A stretch of DNA of 64,000 nt, taken from NCBI GenBank assembly GCA_965261595.1, contig CBDHDG010000007.1:864001-928000 (forward strand), in the 5' to 3' direction. Source of the DNA: a bacterium. Lineage in GTDB: Bacteria > UBA8248 > JACPRG01 > G963555815. Below are positions 54,051-64,000 of this stretch, one piece after another (the first letter of the stretch is position 1; each line of letters opens with the position of its first letter). A model generated the notes under the pieces. That model saw only the letters and a program-made list of their open reading frames with translations. It did no database searches and was not told the origin of the DNA. The position numbers were made by a program, and so were the translations under genes.

Positions 54051-54685
54051 GAATTTACTTTGCCTGCGAGGGAAAGAGCGAAGAAAGATGCATAGATTCT
54101 ATTCTCTTAAACCCGGGGCTAAGGTTCAGAGAAATCGGTATCGAGTCAAGAACTTTGAATCTCGGAGGTTCCCAAGGATTCCTGAAGCGAATTGGCCATA
54201 CCGTAAAGAGCGCCATCATGCAAAGCCGGGCGGATGCGGTTTTTGGCCTAACGGATCTCCGCGGTGCTGCGATCCAACTCCCTGGCGATGGGGTTTCTAA
54301 GGGGAAAAAAGCAGAGGTCTACCGCAATCATATCCACCAGAAGGCCGATCAGGAGTATCACGAGCGCTTCTTTCTGCATGTCGCTGTGCATGAATTGGAG
54401 GCTTGGATTCTGGCAGATCACGATGCAATCAGCCGGCATCTCAATGCCCCAGGCGTTGAAGAAATAGCCAATCCGGAAGATGTCAATCTGGAGAATCCCC
54501 CATCAAAACGATTAGATGACATTTTCTTTGAACACCAAATGCAGCCATATTCAAAGGGGAATGATCAATCGCTTCTGTGGAAAGAAGTTGATGTGAGGAA
54601 AGTCTATGCCCGATGTCCACACTTTGCGGCATTCTTGAACGATTTGGCAAAAGTCGCGGGACTTAACGGCCCGTTCCACGTCTAG
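54047..54685 (+). CDS. DUF4276/RloB-like (TOPRIM-related) putative nuclease
   Basis: ACEGKSE, LTDL, HELEAWILAD, NPEDVN..PPSKRL and CPHF motifs; TTG start overlaps the ATPase TGA. Confidence 0.8.
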   Translation: MRIYFACEGKSEERCIDSILLNPGLRFREIGIESRTLNLGGSQGFLKRIGHTVKSAIMQSRADAVFGLTDLRGAAIQLPGDGVSKGKKAEVYRNHIHQKADQEYHERFFLHVAVHELEAWILADHDAISRHLNAPGVEEIANPEDVNLENPPSKRLDDIFFEHQMQPYSKGNDQSLLWKEVDVRKVYARCPHFAAFLNDLAKVAGLNGPFHV

Positions 54686-54711
54686 GCCTAAAACTCCAAT
54701 AGGATAAGGAA

Positions 54712-57222
54712 ATGCCAGAGTTCCAGGAAACCCGGATTTCCGTCGCCATCGAGGACGAGATGAGGTCCTCCTTCATGGACTACGCGATGAGCGTCATCAT
54801 CGCGCGGGCCCTGCCAGACGTGCGCGACGGCCTCAAGCCGGTCCACCGCCGCATCCTCGTCACCCTCAACGACTTGGGTCTCCGCCCGGGCCGGGCCTAC
54901 CGGAAGTGCGCGAAGATCGCCGGCGATGTCAGCGGCAACTACCACCCCCACGGCGAAGCCATCGTCTATCCCTCCCTCGTCCGGATGGCCCAGGATTTCT
55001 CCCTCCGGTACCCTCTCGTCCTGGGGCAAGGGAACTTTGGCTCCGTGGACGGAGACCCCCCGGCCGCGATGCGGTACACCGAAGCCCGGATGACCGCCTT
55101 CACCGAGGAGATGCTCCGCGATCTCGAGAAAGAAACGGTCGATTTCGCCCCCAACTACGACGAGACCCTTCGGGAGCCGGTTGTTCTCCCTTCAGCCATT
55201 CCGAACCTGGTCATCAACGGATCGGACGGAATCGCCGTCGGCATGGCGACGAAGATCCCCCCCCATAACCTGGGCGAGGTCGTCAACGGTCTCGTCGCCC
55301 TCCTGGACGATCCCGACCTGCCGGACGCGAAGCTGATCGAGCATATCCCCGGCCCGGACTTCCCCACCGGCGCCATCATCAACGGCCGCAAGGGGATTCA
55401 CGACGCCTACCTCACCGGCCGGGGGCTCATTCAGGTTCGGGCCACCGCCCGGGTCGAGATCACCAAGCGGTTCGGACGCGAGCTCGAATCCATCGTCGTG
55501 ACCGAGATCCCCTACCAGGTCAACAAGGCCAAGCTCGTCGAGAAGATCGCCCATCTCGTTCGCGACAAGCAAATCGAGGGGATCGCCGATCTGCGCGACG
55601 AGTCCGACCGGGACGGCATGCGGATCGTCATCGAGCTCAAGCGGGACGGGGTCTCGGGCTATATCCTGAATCAGCTCTATAAGCACACGGCCATGCAGGG
55701 GACGTACGGCGTCATCATGCTGGCCCTGGTCAATAACCAGCCCCGCATTCTTCCGCTGAAAAGCGTACTGGGTTATTTCATCCAGCACCGCCGGGAGGTC
55801 GTTGTCCGGCGCACCCAGTACGACCTGCGCAAAGCCAGGGAGCGCGCCCACATCCTCGAGGGGCTCCTGGTCGCCCTGAAGAACATCGACGCGGTCATCA
55901 AGCTGATCCGCGCCTCCAAGACGCCCGAGGCCGCCCGCACGGGCCTGATGGACAAGTACAAGATCACCCAGATCCAGGCCCAAGCCATCCTGGACATGCG
56001 GCTGCAAAGGCTGGTCTCGCTGGAAAGGGAGAAGATCCAAGCCGAGCACAAAGAGCTGATAAAGACCATCGCCCGCCTCGAGGCCATCCTCGTCAGCGAT
56101 AATCTGGTGATCGGGATCATCAAAGACGAGCTGCTCGAAATCAAAAAGAAGTACGCCGACGAGCGCAGAACCGAGATCGCCGACGCCACAGATGACATCA
56201 CCCTCGAAGACATGCTCATCGAGGAGGAGATGGTCGTCACTGTCAGCCATGACGGGTACATCAAGCGGAACGCCGTCTCCCTCTACCGAAGCCAGCACCG
56301 CGGCGGCAAGGGGGTCAAGGGGATGCAGATCCGCCAGGAAGACGTGGTGGAAGAGATCTTCGTGGCCTCGACCCACGACTACATGCTCTGCTTCACGACG
56401 CGCGGACGCCTGCACTGGATCAAGGTCCACCGGCTTCCGCAGGCCGGCCGGGCCGGCCGGGGCAAGGCCCTGGTGAACCTGCTCCAGCTCAAAGACGGCG
56501 AGACCGTCTCCACCGCCCTCTCTGTCCGGGAGTTTTCCGACGGCAAGTTCGTCATGATGGTCACCCGGAAAGGGGTCGTGAAGAAGACGGCCCTGCCGCT
56601 TTTCGGCAACCCCAGGGCCGGAGGGATCATCGCCCTCAATCTGGACAGCGATGATGAGCTGGTCCGGGCCCGGATCACCGACGGCTCGCGCCAGGTTTTT
56701 CTGGCTACCCTCCAGGGCAAGGCCATCCGCTTCGAAGAGAGCCAAGTCCGGGCGATGGGGCGAAACGCCGCCGGTGTGCGGGGGATCCGCCTGGCGAAGG
56801 GAGACGAGATCATCGGCGCGGAGGTCGTCACGCCCGAGAGCGTCATGCTCTCCGTGACCGAGCTGGGTTACGGCAAACGCACCGCGGTCCGGGACTATCG
56901 GCTGACCGCCCGGGGCGGCAAGGGCGTGATTAATCTGAAGATCACCGGGAAAAACGGGCCGGTGGTGGGTGTCCGGCAAGTTTACGACACGGACGAATAC
57001 CTGATGATCACCAGCGGCGGGCAGCTCATGCGGGGGCGGATCAGGGACATCTCCGTCATCGGCCGCGCCACGCAGGGCGTTCGTCTCATCAACCTGAAAG
57101 GCGACGACCGCTTGGTTTCCATCGCGCGGATCGAGGAGAAAGACGTTCTCTCGTCCGCGAACGGGGCGGGCTCGCCCGAGACGGAAGGTTCGGAAGGCGG
57201 CGCGGATGACGCGCCCGGCTGA
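54712..57222 (+). CDS. gyrA: DNA gyrase subunit A
   Basis: [21 protein letters not shown] and GyrA-box QHRGGKG. Confidence 0.98.
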   Translation: MPEFQETRISVAIEDEMRSSFMDYAMSVIIARALPDVRDGLKPVHRRILVTLNDLGLRPGRAYRKCAKIAGDVSGNYHPHGEAIVYPSLVRMAQDFSLRYPLVLGQGNFGSVDGDPPAAMRYTEARMTAFTEEMLRDLEKETVDFAPNYDETLREPVVLPSAIPNLVINGSDGIAVGMATKIPPHNLGEVVNGLVALLDDPDLPDAKLIEHIPGPDFPTGAIINGRKGIHDAYLTGRGLIQVRATARVEITKRFGRELESIVVTEIPYQVNKAKLVEKIAHLVRDKQIEGIADLRDESDRDGMRIVIELKRDGVSGYILNQLYKHTAMQGTYGVIMLALVNNQPRILPLKSVLGYFIQHRREVVVRRTQYDLRKARERAHILEGLLVALKNIDAVIKLIRASKTPEAARTGLMDKYKITQIQAQAILDMRLQRLVSLEREKIQAEHKELIKTIARLEAILVSDNLVIGIIKDELLEIKKKYADERRTEIADATDDITLEDMLIEEEMVVTVSHDGYIKRNAVSLYRSQHRGGKGVKGMQIRQEDVVEEIFVASTHDYMLCFTTRGRLHWIKVHRLPQAGRAGRGKALVNLLQLKDGETVSTALSVREFSDGKFVMMVTRKGVVKKTALPLFGNPRAGGIIALNLDSDDELVRARITDGSRQVFLATLQGKAIRFEESQVRAMGRNAAGVRGIRLAKGDEIIGAEVVTPESVMLSVTELGYGKRTAVRDYRLTARGGKGVINLKITGKNGPVVGVRQVYDTDEYLMITSGGQLMRGRIRDISVIGRATQGVRLINLKGDDRLVSIARIEEKDVLSSANGAGSPETEGSEGGADDAPG

Positions 57223-57464
57223 TCGACGGGCCGGGCGTCACTTCTCAATGACCGGATCGAAGCCGCCCCACATCCATAAGGCGACGAGGCCCGCGGCGAC
57301 CAGGTAAAGAATCGCGAGCCGTAACAGCTTCATGGGTGGTTTTTCCGCCCGCGCAATGCCGGTCTCCGGAAAGACCCCCGCCCTTCAAAGGCGAGGGAAG
57401 CGATTGAGCCGCCGCCCTCCCGAATGCTAACATTCCGTATTCTCCCGAACAACGAAGGGGGCCC

Positions 57465-59105
57465 ATGCTCGACATTCGAAAGATCAGAGAAAAGAGCGAG
57501 GACCTCCGGGCGGCCCTGGCCCGCCGCGCCGCCGCGCCCGATTTCACGCCGATCCTGGAGATCGACGAGCGCCGGCGCGCCCTCGTCACCGAAATCCAGA
57601 CGGTCAAGTCCAAGCAGAAAGAGCTCTCCCGGCGAATCGGAAACCTGAAGCGCGAAGGCCAGGACGCCGAGGTCCTCATGGCCGAGGTCCGCGGGATGGG
57701 GGACGAGGCCTCCTCGCTGGAGCGCAGAATCCGCGAGGAGGAGGAAGCCGGCCGGGCGTTGATGCTCGACATTCCCAACGCGCCGCATCCCTCCGTCCCG
57801 GACGGGGCGGATGAGGGGGCGAACGTAGAGATTCGCCGCTGGGGCGCGCCCGCGACGTTCCCCTTCGAGGCCCAGGACCACCTGACCATCGGTGAGCGGC
57901 TCGGGATCATCGACCTGCCGCGCGCGGCGAAGATCGCCGGCGCGCGGTTCCCGCTGATGGTGGGCGTAGGGGCCGCGCTCGAGAGGGCGCTGTTGAACTT
58001 CATGATGGACCTCCACACCCGTCGCCACGGCTACACCGAGGTCCTCCCCCCGTTCTTGATCAACGCCGACTCCCTCGTCGGCACGGGGCAGCTTCCCAAG
58101 TTCGAGGAGGACCTGTTCAAGATCGACGAGGGCGGGCTCTACCTCACGCCGACGGCCGAGGTCCCGGTCACGAACATCCACCGGGACGAGATCCTCCCGG
58201 AGCGCGCCCTCCCCATCAAGTACGCCGCGTTCACGCCCTGCTTCCGCCGGGAGGCGGGGTCTTACGGAAAGGAAACCCGGGGTCTCATCCGCCAGCACCA
58301 GTTCGACAAGGTGGAGCTGGTCAGGTTCACCTCGCCCGAGACGTCCGACGAAGCGCTGGAGGACCTCGCGGCGGAGGTCGAGGAAGTCCTTCAGCGCCTC
58401 GAGATCCATTACCGCGTCATCGCCCTCTGCGCCGGAGACCTGGGATTCAGCGCCGCCAAGACCTATGACATCGAGGCCTGGCTCCCTTCCAGGAAGGGGT
58501 ACCTCGAGGTTTCCTCGTGCAGCAACTTCGAGGACTTTCAGGCCCGCCGGGCGGGAATCCGCACTCGGGGGCCGGAGGGGGGGACGATCTTCGTCCACAC
58601 CCTGAACGGATCGGGCCTGGCCATCGGCCGGACGATTGTGGCGCTCCTCGAAAACTTCCAGCAGAAGGATGGGACGGTTATCGTCCCGCCGGTGTTGCGG
58701 CCCTACCTGGGCGGAATAGAGATCATCGGCCGGATGAAGGCCCCCTGGGCGGCGAAAGGGGGAGACCCGCCGGAAAGGAAAAAGGCGGCGGAAAAAAAAT
58801 CGGCGCCCGAGACTGTTGCGGCCGCCCCCGCGACCGCCGCGAGCGACGAGAGCAAAAGTGAAGACCGCAAGGCCGACAGCGGCGGCGGCCGGGGGGGCAG
58901 AGACCGCAGGAGAAATCGGGGCCGGCGGAACCGCGGCCGGCAGGGCGCCGAGGGCTCCGCTCCAGCGGGGGGCGGCGCGCCCGCCGGGGATCGGCCACAG
59001 GGCGAATCACGGCCCGATCCGGCCGGATCGGCCGGACCCGATGCGTCTCAGCCGTCCGGGGACGGCGGCGGGGGAAAGGTCGACAATCCGGAATCCGATC
59101 ACTAA
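57465..59105 (+). CDS. serS: Serine--tRNA ligase with about 120-aa low-complexity C-terminal extension
   Basis: [20 protein letters not shown] and [12 protein letters not shown] motifs. Confidence 0.96.
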   Translation: MLDIRKIREKSEDLRAALARRAAAPDFTPILEIDERRRALVTEIQTVKSKQKELSRRIGNLKREGQDAEVLMAEVRGMGDEASSLERRIREEEEAGRALMLDIPNAPHPSVPDGADEGANVEIRRWGAPATFPFEAQDHLTIGERLGIIDLPRAAKIAGARFPLMVGVGAALERALLNFMMDLHTRRHGYTEVLPPFLINADSLVGTGQLPKFEEDLFKIDEGGLYLTPTAEVPVTNIHRDEILPERALPIKYAAFTPCFRREAGSYGKETRGLIRQHQFDKVELVRFTSPETSDEALEDLAAEVEEVLQRLEIHYRVIALCAGDLGFSAAKTYDIEAWLPSRKGYLEVSSCSNFEDFQARRAGIRTRGPEGGTIFVHTLNGSGLAIGRTIVALLENFQQKDGTVIVPPVLRPYLGGIEIIGRMKAPWAAKGGDPPERKKAAEKKSAPETVAAAPATAASDESKSEDRKADSGGGRGGRDRRRNRGRRNRGRQGAEGSAPAGGGAPAGDRPQGESRPDPAGSAGPDASQPSGDGGGGKVDNPESDH

Positions 59106-59158
59106 TTTGATTTCAACGGAAGGTTTCTCCCCGCCGGCGGAACACGACCCGTTCCGGC

Positions 59159-59250
59159 GGAGGGATGGCCGAGCGGCTGAAGGCGGCGGTCTTGAAAACC
59201 GCTAGGGGCCGAAAGGTCTCTCGGGGGTTCGAATCCCCCTCCCTCCGCCA
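59159..59250 (+). tRNA. tRNA-Ser(TGA)
   Basis: GGAGGGA acceptor stem, CTTGAAA anticodon loop, long variable arm, GTTCGAATC, GCCA end. Confidence 0.95.
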
Positions 59251-59341
59251 AGGTGTCCGGCCAGCGGACGGAAACGGCCCATGCCGGGCGCGGCGTCTGG
59301 CCCGGTCCCGGGAAGAAATTGCAGAAATTCAAGGCTTGCGC

Positions 59342-59434
<93 letters not shown>

Positions 59435-59674
59435 ATCAATCCGCGTAAGTATCTGATACCGCGAAGGAAATCACAGAATCACCAGCGATTCTGTGCCATT
59501 CGTTCCCACATTCGGACTCAAAGCCAGTCCACCGCCTGCCGTAGTTGCCGCTCCTCGGCTTCGTCCCGACGCGCTTGCGGACAGCACCGCGCCGCAAGGA
59601 TTCCTTGGTCGGGCGAGGTGTCTCGCGTCGCGGTTGCCCGCTCAGCGGCCACGGATTCAGCTTGGGGCGGGTTC

Positions 59675-60313
59675 TCACCAGCACTCCGCCCGCGGTAGCG
59701 CGTTGCCCATCGCCGCGGTGTCGAACCACGTGATCCGCGCTCTGACTTCGGCGACGCGCCGATCGAGAGCAGCCAGCTCCATCAGCTCGTGCCCCTCGCC
59801 TTCGGTCTGCATGACCTTCGCCTTGCCGCCGCTGGCCGCGACCTTCTCCCGGGTGTTGAGCAAGGTCTGAAGTAACCGCCGTTCCTGCGAGGCGATGGTG
59901 CTCGCGTCGGTGCTGGTCGGTGTCGGCAGGCGGAACCGGTCGATGCTCATGACCTTGGCGTCCGGGGTCATCGACGCGATCATCATGACCTCGGGGTCGT
60001 GTCCGTCGAACAGCGAGAGCGTTGTCTGCCAGCCCACCTCGATACCGGCTGCGGTCAGCTCGATATTCGGTGCGGACGGCTTTGCCGCCACGGCCACGGG
60101 GAAGTCGAGAACAGCGGCGTTCGCAACATCGAACCCCGCCACCTGCGCCCACCGGGGAGAGTTTCCGCCGTAGGTGAGTTCGCCTGGATCGGTGCCGAAC
60201 CACGAATAGGAATCGGTCTTTACCCAGACGTAGTACCGCGCGGCGCCGGCGGGCGGCGCCCACGTCAGGGACTCGCCGAAGTCCACTTCATGCAGCGTTG
60301 GAATAGCGCGCAT
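59675..60313 (-). CDS. Phage hypothetical protein, C-terminus gpW-like
   Basis: Directly downstream of the terminase; C-terminal KVMQTEGEGHELMELAALDRRVAEVRARI resembles head-completion proteins. Confidence 0.5.
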   Translation of the reverse strand: MRAIPTLHEVDFGESLTWAPPAGAARYYVWVKTDSYSWFGTDPGELTYGGNSPRWAQVAGFDVANAAVLDFPVAVAAKPSAPNIELTAAGIEVGWQTTLSLFDGHDPEVMMIASMTPDAKVMSIDRFRLPTPTSTDASTIASQERRLLQTLLNTREKVAASGGKAKVMQTEGEGHELMELAALDRRVAEVRARITWFDTAAMGNALPRAECW

Positions 60314-61240
60314 TGGTCGTTGCCTCGATCAGCTCGCGCTCGGCGAGCAGGAATGGAATGCCCAGGTGAGAGACGCACGCGAGCGAGTAGACGAGCAGAT
60401 CAAGCGCCTCATTCGCGCGTCCGATTTTCTTCCACTGGAGCCGGGTCCGCCCGGTGCGCTTCTCGACGACGCGCTCCAGGGTCTCGGAGCAGATCCCCTC
60501 GAATTGCTCGGGACCGTAGAACGTCTCGTCAGCCGGCCACGTCATGGGTCGCGGGACGGTGCCGGTGCAGGACTGGCGTAGCAGGCTGAACACGGACGCC
60601 TTGCTCGAATTCGTGCATATCAGCGCGAGGCCGTTCGACCCGTAGTCGTGTAGCGCGTCCTGCGTCACCGACCTCCGCATCAGCACACCGCCGAAGCGGG
60701 TCGGCGGTAGTCCCTTCAAGCACTGGTAGCCGGCGCCGCGGGACTTCGCGAAGTCCGCAACCTGTTCGGTGTAGTGACCACCGGAGTCGATGCCGACGAT
60801 GACGGGGCGGAGCAGGCACCCGCTCGCGTGCTCGCGCGGGGTCTCCATCATCCTCGCCAGCTCGTCCCACGGCTGCGCGGTGCCGGGGTCGCCGGGGATC
60901 TTCCGGTACTCGATCCCCCACCGCCGGAGCCTGTACCAGCGCCCACCGTGCGCCAAGCCGTGATAGCCGGCTTGCTCCCAACCACGCACGCCCGTCGTCT
61001 CGGATTCGGCCCGGCCGACCTCCACGATGCCCCAGGCGGCGACCTCGACCTCCAGGCGGTTGTCTTGCGTGTCCACCGCCCCGGTAAGCACGCACGCGCC
61101 TCCAGGCACGTTCTCGTACGCCTCCCGGCACGTCGTGGCGATCATCTCCGGCGTGACGCCTTGTGTGCAGGCTCCGGCCGGAACGGGAGTGCGAGCCTGC
61201 CCTGCTGGAACGCTCTGATCTCGGCCATGGAGGATGTCTG
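60288..61240 (-). pseudogene. Lambda GpA-type terminase large subunit, C-terminal nuclease fragment
   Basis: LTGAVDTQDNRLE, IDSGGH and RANEALDLLVYSLA motifs; ATPase half absent; apparent frameshift near 61170. Confidence 0.85.
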
Positions 61241-61334
61241 CTTGCGGTTGTTAGTGGCGCCAAGGAAACGCGTTTAACTGGTGCAGGGGGTGGTTTTTGA
61301 TGGTGCATATATTTCGCGTTGCGAACGGGGGGGG

Positions 61335-61532
61335 TCAGAAGGGCGGATCTTTGTCCCACAGCGGCAACTGTTCATCGTTGTCGGTGTGTTGTGTGTAGTG
61401 GCGACGGATCTGTGCGAAGTAGCGATTTTCGAGGCAACGCGCGATTTCATAGAGGCAACAGATGAGCTGGGCGGCGGCTTCGTCGGAGAGGTTGTCGGGG
61501 AGTTCGGGGTCGCGTTCGTCGTCGGTGTTCAT
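61335..61532 (-). CDS. Small ORF downstream of istB in an IS21-family element
   Basis: LSDEAAAQL..LYEIARCLENRYFAQIRRHY; abuts istB. Confidence 0.55.
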   Translation of the reverse strand: MNTDDERDPELPDNLSDEAAAQLICCLYEIARCLENRYFAQIRRHYTQHTDNDEQLPLWDKDPPF

Positions 61533-61534
61533 GA

Positions 61535-62011
61535 TTATTTGGCGAGGGTTTTCTTTTGTCGCTTTGGGCGTGCGGCCTTACGCTGCTCGGCACGCTCTTG
61601 GGCTTCTTTAAGGCGGTAGCTGCTGGCCTCGATGGGCAGTATTTCGCAGCGATGAACGAGTCGGTCGATGAGGGTGACGACACAGGCGGCGTTGGGGAAG
61701 ATGTCGTTCCAATCGGCGAACGCTCGATTGGTAGTGACGATGATGGGACGCAGCTGATAGCGTCGAGTGACCACCTCGAAGAGCAGGTCGGCGTAGCGGT
61801 TGTCGTAGTCGAGGCAGCCTATTTCGTCGATGGCTAAAATGTGCGGCAAGGTATAGCGCTTAAGGCGTCTGGACAGGGCGGCGGAGGAGTCCTGGGCGGC
61901 GAGGTCATGGAGCATATCGGAGGCGGTGACGAAGCGCGCCGAGGCGCCGTTGATAACGGCGTGATGGACGAGGTTTTTGGCGAGCATAGATTTACCGACG
62001 CCGTTGGTCCC
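61535..62011 (-). pseudogene. istB: IS21 helper ATPase IstB, 5'-truncated
   Basis: [20 protein letters not shown] and LIDRLVH motifs; cut at Walker A by the IS3 element. Confidence 0.9.
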
Positions 62012-63412
62012 CCGCTCTAGGGTTTTGTTGGACACTCGATTGATCCATGATTCATGGAGAAAGGGGTGTCGCGATGAACGAACAAAAGCAAGAGGGGGCT
62101 TTGGCGGAGGGCGCCCGCAGGGCGAACGGAGCCAAGGCCCCAGGGCATCGCAGTGAGCGGGGTCGGTTCTCCTGCCAGGCGCAAGCGGGAGGCGGTCCTG
62201 CGTCTTTTGCGGGGCGAGAGCCTGGAGACGCTCTGCCGCGAGTTGGGCACGACAGCGGCTCGGCTTTCCGCCTGGCGCGAGGCGTTCCTTCGCGGGGGCG
62301 AGGCGGCGCTCAAAGCCCGCCCGGCGGATGAGCGGGACGAGGAGAACGCCCGGCTCAAGGCCAAGGTGGGCGAACTCACGATGGAGGGCGAGGTCCTGCG
62401 GGAGAAGATCGACCGCCTGGAGGCCGGCCGCCCTTTAGCCGGCAGGAGGTGGAGGCGATGAGTCAGGCCCGCTTCACCTCCACGGGCAGAGCCTACGGCC
62501 TGAAGCGGGTGTGCGCCCTTTGAGGCTTGGCGCGCTCCACGGTCTACGCGCAACGGCGGCGAGAGGCGGTCCCCGTTCATGAACGCCCCACGCCCAATAA
62601 GCGCGGCCCTGTGGGCCCGTGCACCGATGCGGAACTCCTCGGCCACATCCGGCAGGTCCTGGAGGACTCTCCCTTCCATGGCGAGGGCTACCGCAAGGTG
62701 TGGGCGAGGCTGCGCTTCGCGGGCATCCGCACCAGCAAGGAGCGGGTGCGTCGCCTGATGCGGGAGGCGGGGCTTCAGGCCCCCCACCGGGTGGGCAAAC
62801 CCCGAGGTCCCAAGGCCCACAACGGGACCATCCGCACCGAGCGGCCCGACCGAATGTGGGGCACGGACATGACGACGACGGTGACCACCGAGGAGGGGAT
62901 GGCCTCGGTGTTCGTGGCGGTGGATCACTGCTCGGTGGACTGCGTGGGGATCCATGCGGCCAAGAGCGGCAACCGCTTCGAGGCCCTGGAGCCGATCCGG
63001 CAGGGGGTCGCCGAGCGCTTCGCCGGCTTGGAGGCGGACGTCGCCGAGGGGCTTAAAGTTCGTCACGACCACGGCCCCGCCTATCTGTCCGATGACTTTC
63101 AGCGGGAGATCGCCTACCTGGGCATGACCAGTTCGCCCAGCTTCGTGCGGGCGCCCGAGGGAAATGGCTACTGTGAGTGGTTCATCCGCATCTTGAAGGA
63201 GAATCTCCTGTGGGTGCGCTCTTTCGCCACCGTAGAGGAACTGCGGTGGGCGCTGCTTGAGTTCAAGAACCTGTACAACCATCATTGGATTCTCGAGGGC
63301 TACGGCTACCGAACGCCGGCCCAGGCAAGGCAGGAAAAACTCGCTCAAGTTGCGGAGGCCGCATGAGGTCGAATACCCTCACCCGAGTGTCCAATAACCC
63401 AGGGGCGGTCCA
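62005..63412 (+). mobile_element. IS3-family insertion sequence (defective); ends approximate
   Basis: Imperfect terminal IRs sharing TTGGACACTCG; orfA 62074-62461 (frameshift near 62172); orfB 62458-63366 with DDE core (WGTDMT, RHDHG) and in-frame TGA at 62521. Confidence 0.85.
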
Positions 63413-63449
63413 CATGACTTCCACATCGAAACCGTGCACTACCCGCTGC

Positions 63450-64000
63450 CTAAACCTCTCCCTCGAGGATTTGACCGTGCTCCCTTAGCCAGCCGCGCGC
63501 TCTGTCCATGGTGGGTACTTGTGTCTTCACTATGTTCCAGAATCGCGGCGTATGGTTGGGCTCCAAAAGGTGGGTGAGTTCATGGGCGATAACGTAATCG
63601 ACCACAAAGATCGGCGCCTTAATCAACCGCCAGTTCAGGTTGATGTTGTCACGAACTGTGCATGAGCCCCACCGATATCGACTATCAACGATGCGCGCCT
63701 GCCAAAAGGAAACGCCAAGCTCTCGAGCCTGCTTCACAACGCGAGGTAGAATTCGCTCCTTTGCTCGCGCGATGTACCACTCACGCATGGCACCCTTCTT
63801 GTGAGTCGCAAGCGATGCCGAAATCAGAAAACGCTGATCAAACCGAATACGTTCCGTCTCTTTGTCGACGACTTCGATCCGGTAGCTCCGCCCAAGATAT
63901 AGCGCGGACTCACCATTAACGAGCTCTTTGCCAGGTGGATGAGGGCGCCCCGTGTTTTTTTGGCTATGCCGTGTTTTCTCGTAGATCCAATGCCGCTTGG
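63450..64000 (-). CDS. YgjP/DUF45 (M48-like) zinc metallopeptidase, 5' end beyond the window; apparent frameshift near 63955
   Basis: YLGRSY, RWGSC, LNWRL and HELTHLLEPNH motifs. Confidence 0.85.
   Translation of the reverse strand, partial: KRHWIYEKTRHSQKNTGRPHPPGKELVNGESALYLGRSYRIEVVDKETERIRFDQRFLISASLATHKKGAMREWYIARAKERILPRVVKQARELGVSFWQARIVDSRYRWGSCTVRDNINLNWRLIKAPIFVVDYVIAHELTHLLEPNHTPRFWNIVKTQVPTMDRARGWLREHGQILEGEV

Larger units (their letters stand above)
59435..64000. mobile_element. Decayed genomic island/prophage remnant beginning at the tRNA-Ser(GCT) 3' end
   Basis: Phage, IS and RM-associated fragments start right after the tRNA; composition changes. Confidence 0.75.

Noticed and set aside
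59159..59250. Selenocysteine or suppressor tRNA
   Set aside because: Anticodon is TGA (reads UCA, Ser), not TCA; normal 7-bp acceptor stem.
59436..59690. Portal gene start after the gpW-like gene
   Set aside because: No recognisable portal motif in any frame.

Overview
GC-rich bacterial chromosome segment (roughly 65% GC by eye; diderm, since it encodes lipoproteins, a BON protein and an outer-membrane barrel) that spans the replication origin. Left to right: polyamine operon (speD-pdaD-speE-speB) with a long structured leader; a catalytically degenerate HtrA-like protein; a partial ABC importer; ilvC; a variant System I cytochrome c maturation cluster (CxxxY CcmE, CcmA-CcmB fusion); trxA; trpFBA; ftsK; tandem amidohydrolases; an MFS pump; two frameshifted SGNH hydrolases; comDE-like genes; argH-lptM-BON-lysA-dapF-dapA-ctpA-dapB; a truncated OM barrel gene; an 898-bp low-GC cassette bounded by 80-bp inverted repeats, each carrying a sigma70 promoter, two NrdR-like boxes, an RBS and an ATG; mnmE-jag-yidC-yidD-rnpA-rpmH; dnaA-oriC-recF (no dnaN)-gyrB; an inserted ABC-ATPase/DUF4276 pair; gyrA; serS with a long Arg-rich tail; two tRNA-Ser genes; and a decayed island (lambdoid terminase fragment, IS21 remnant, defective IS3, YgjP-like peptidase). 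The best candidates for undescribed biology are the NrdR-box inverted-repeat cassette, the K-turn-containing speD leader and the PARIS-like pair inside gyrBA. All calls come from reading motifs by eye; no searches were run.
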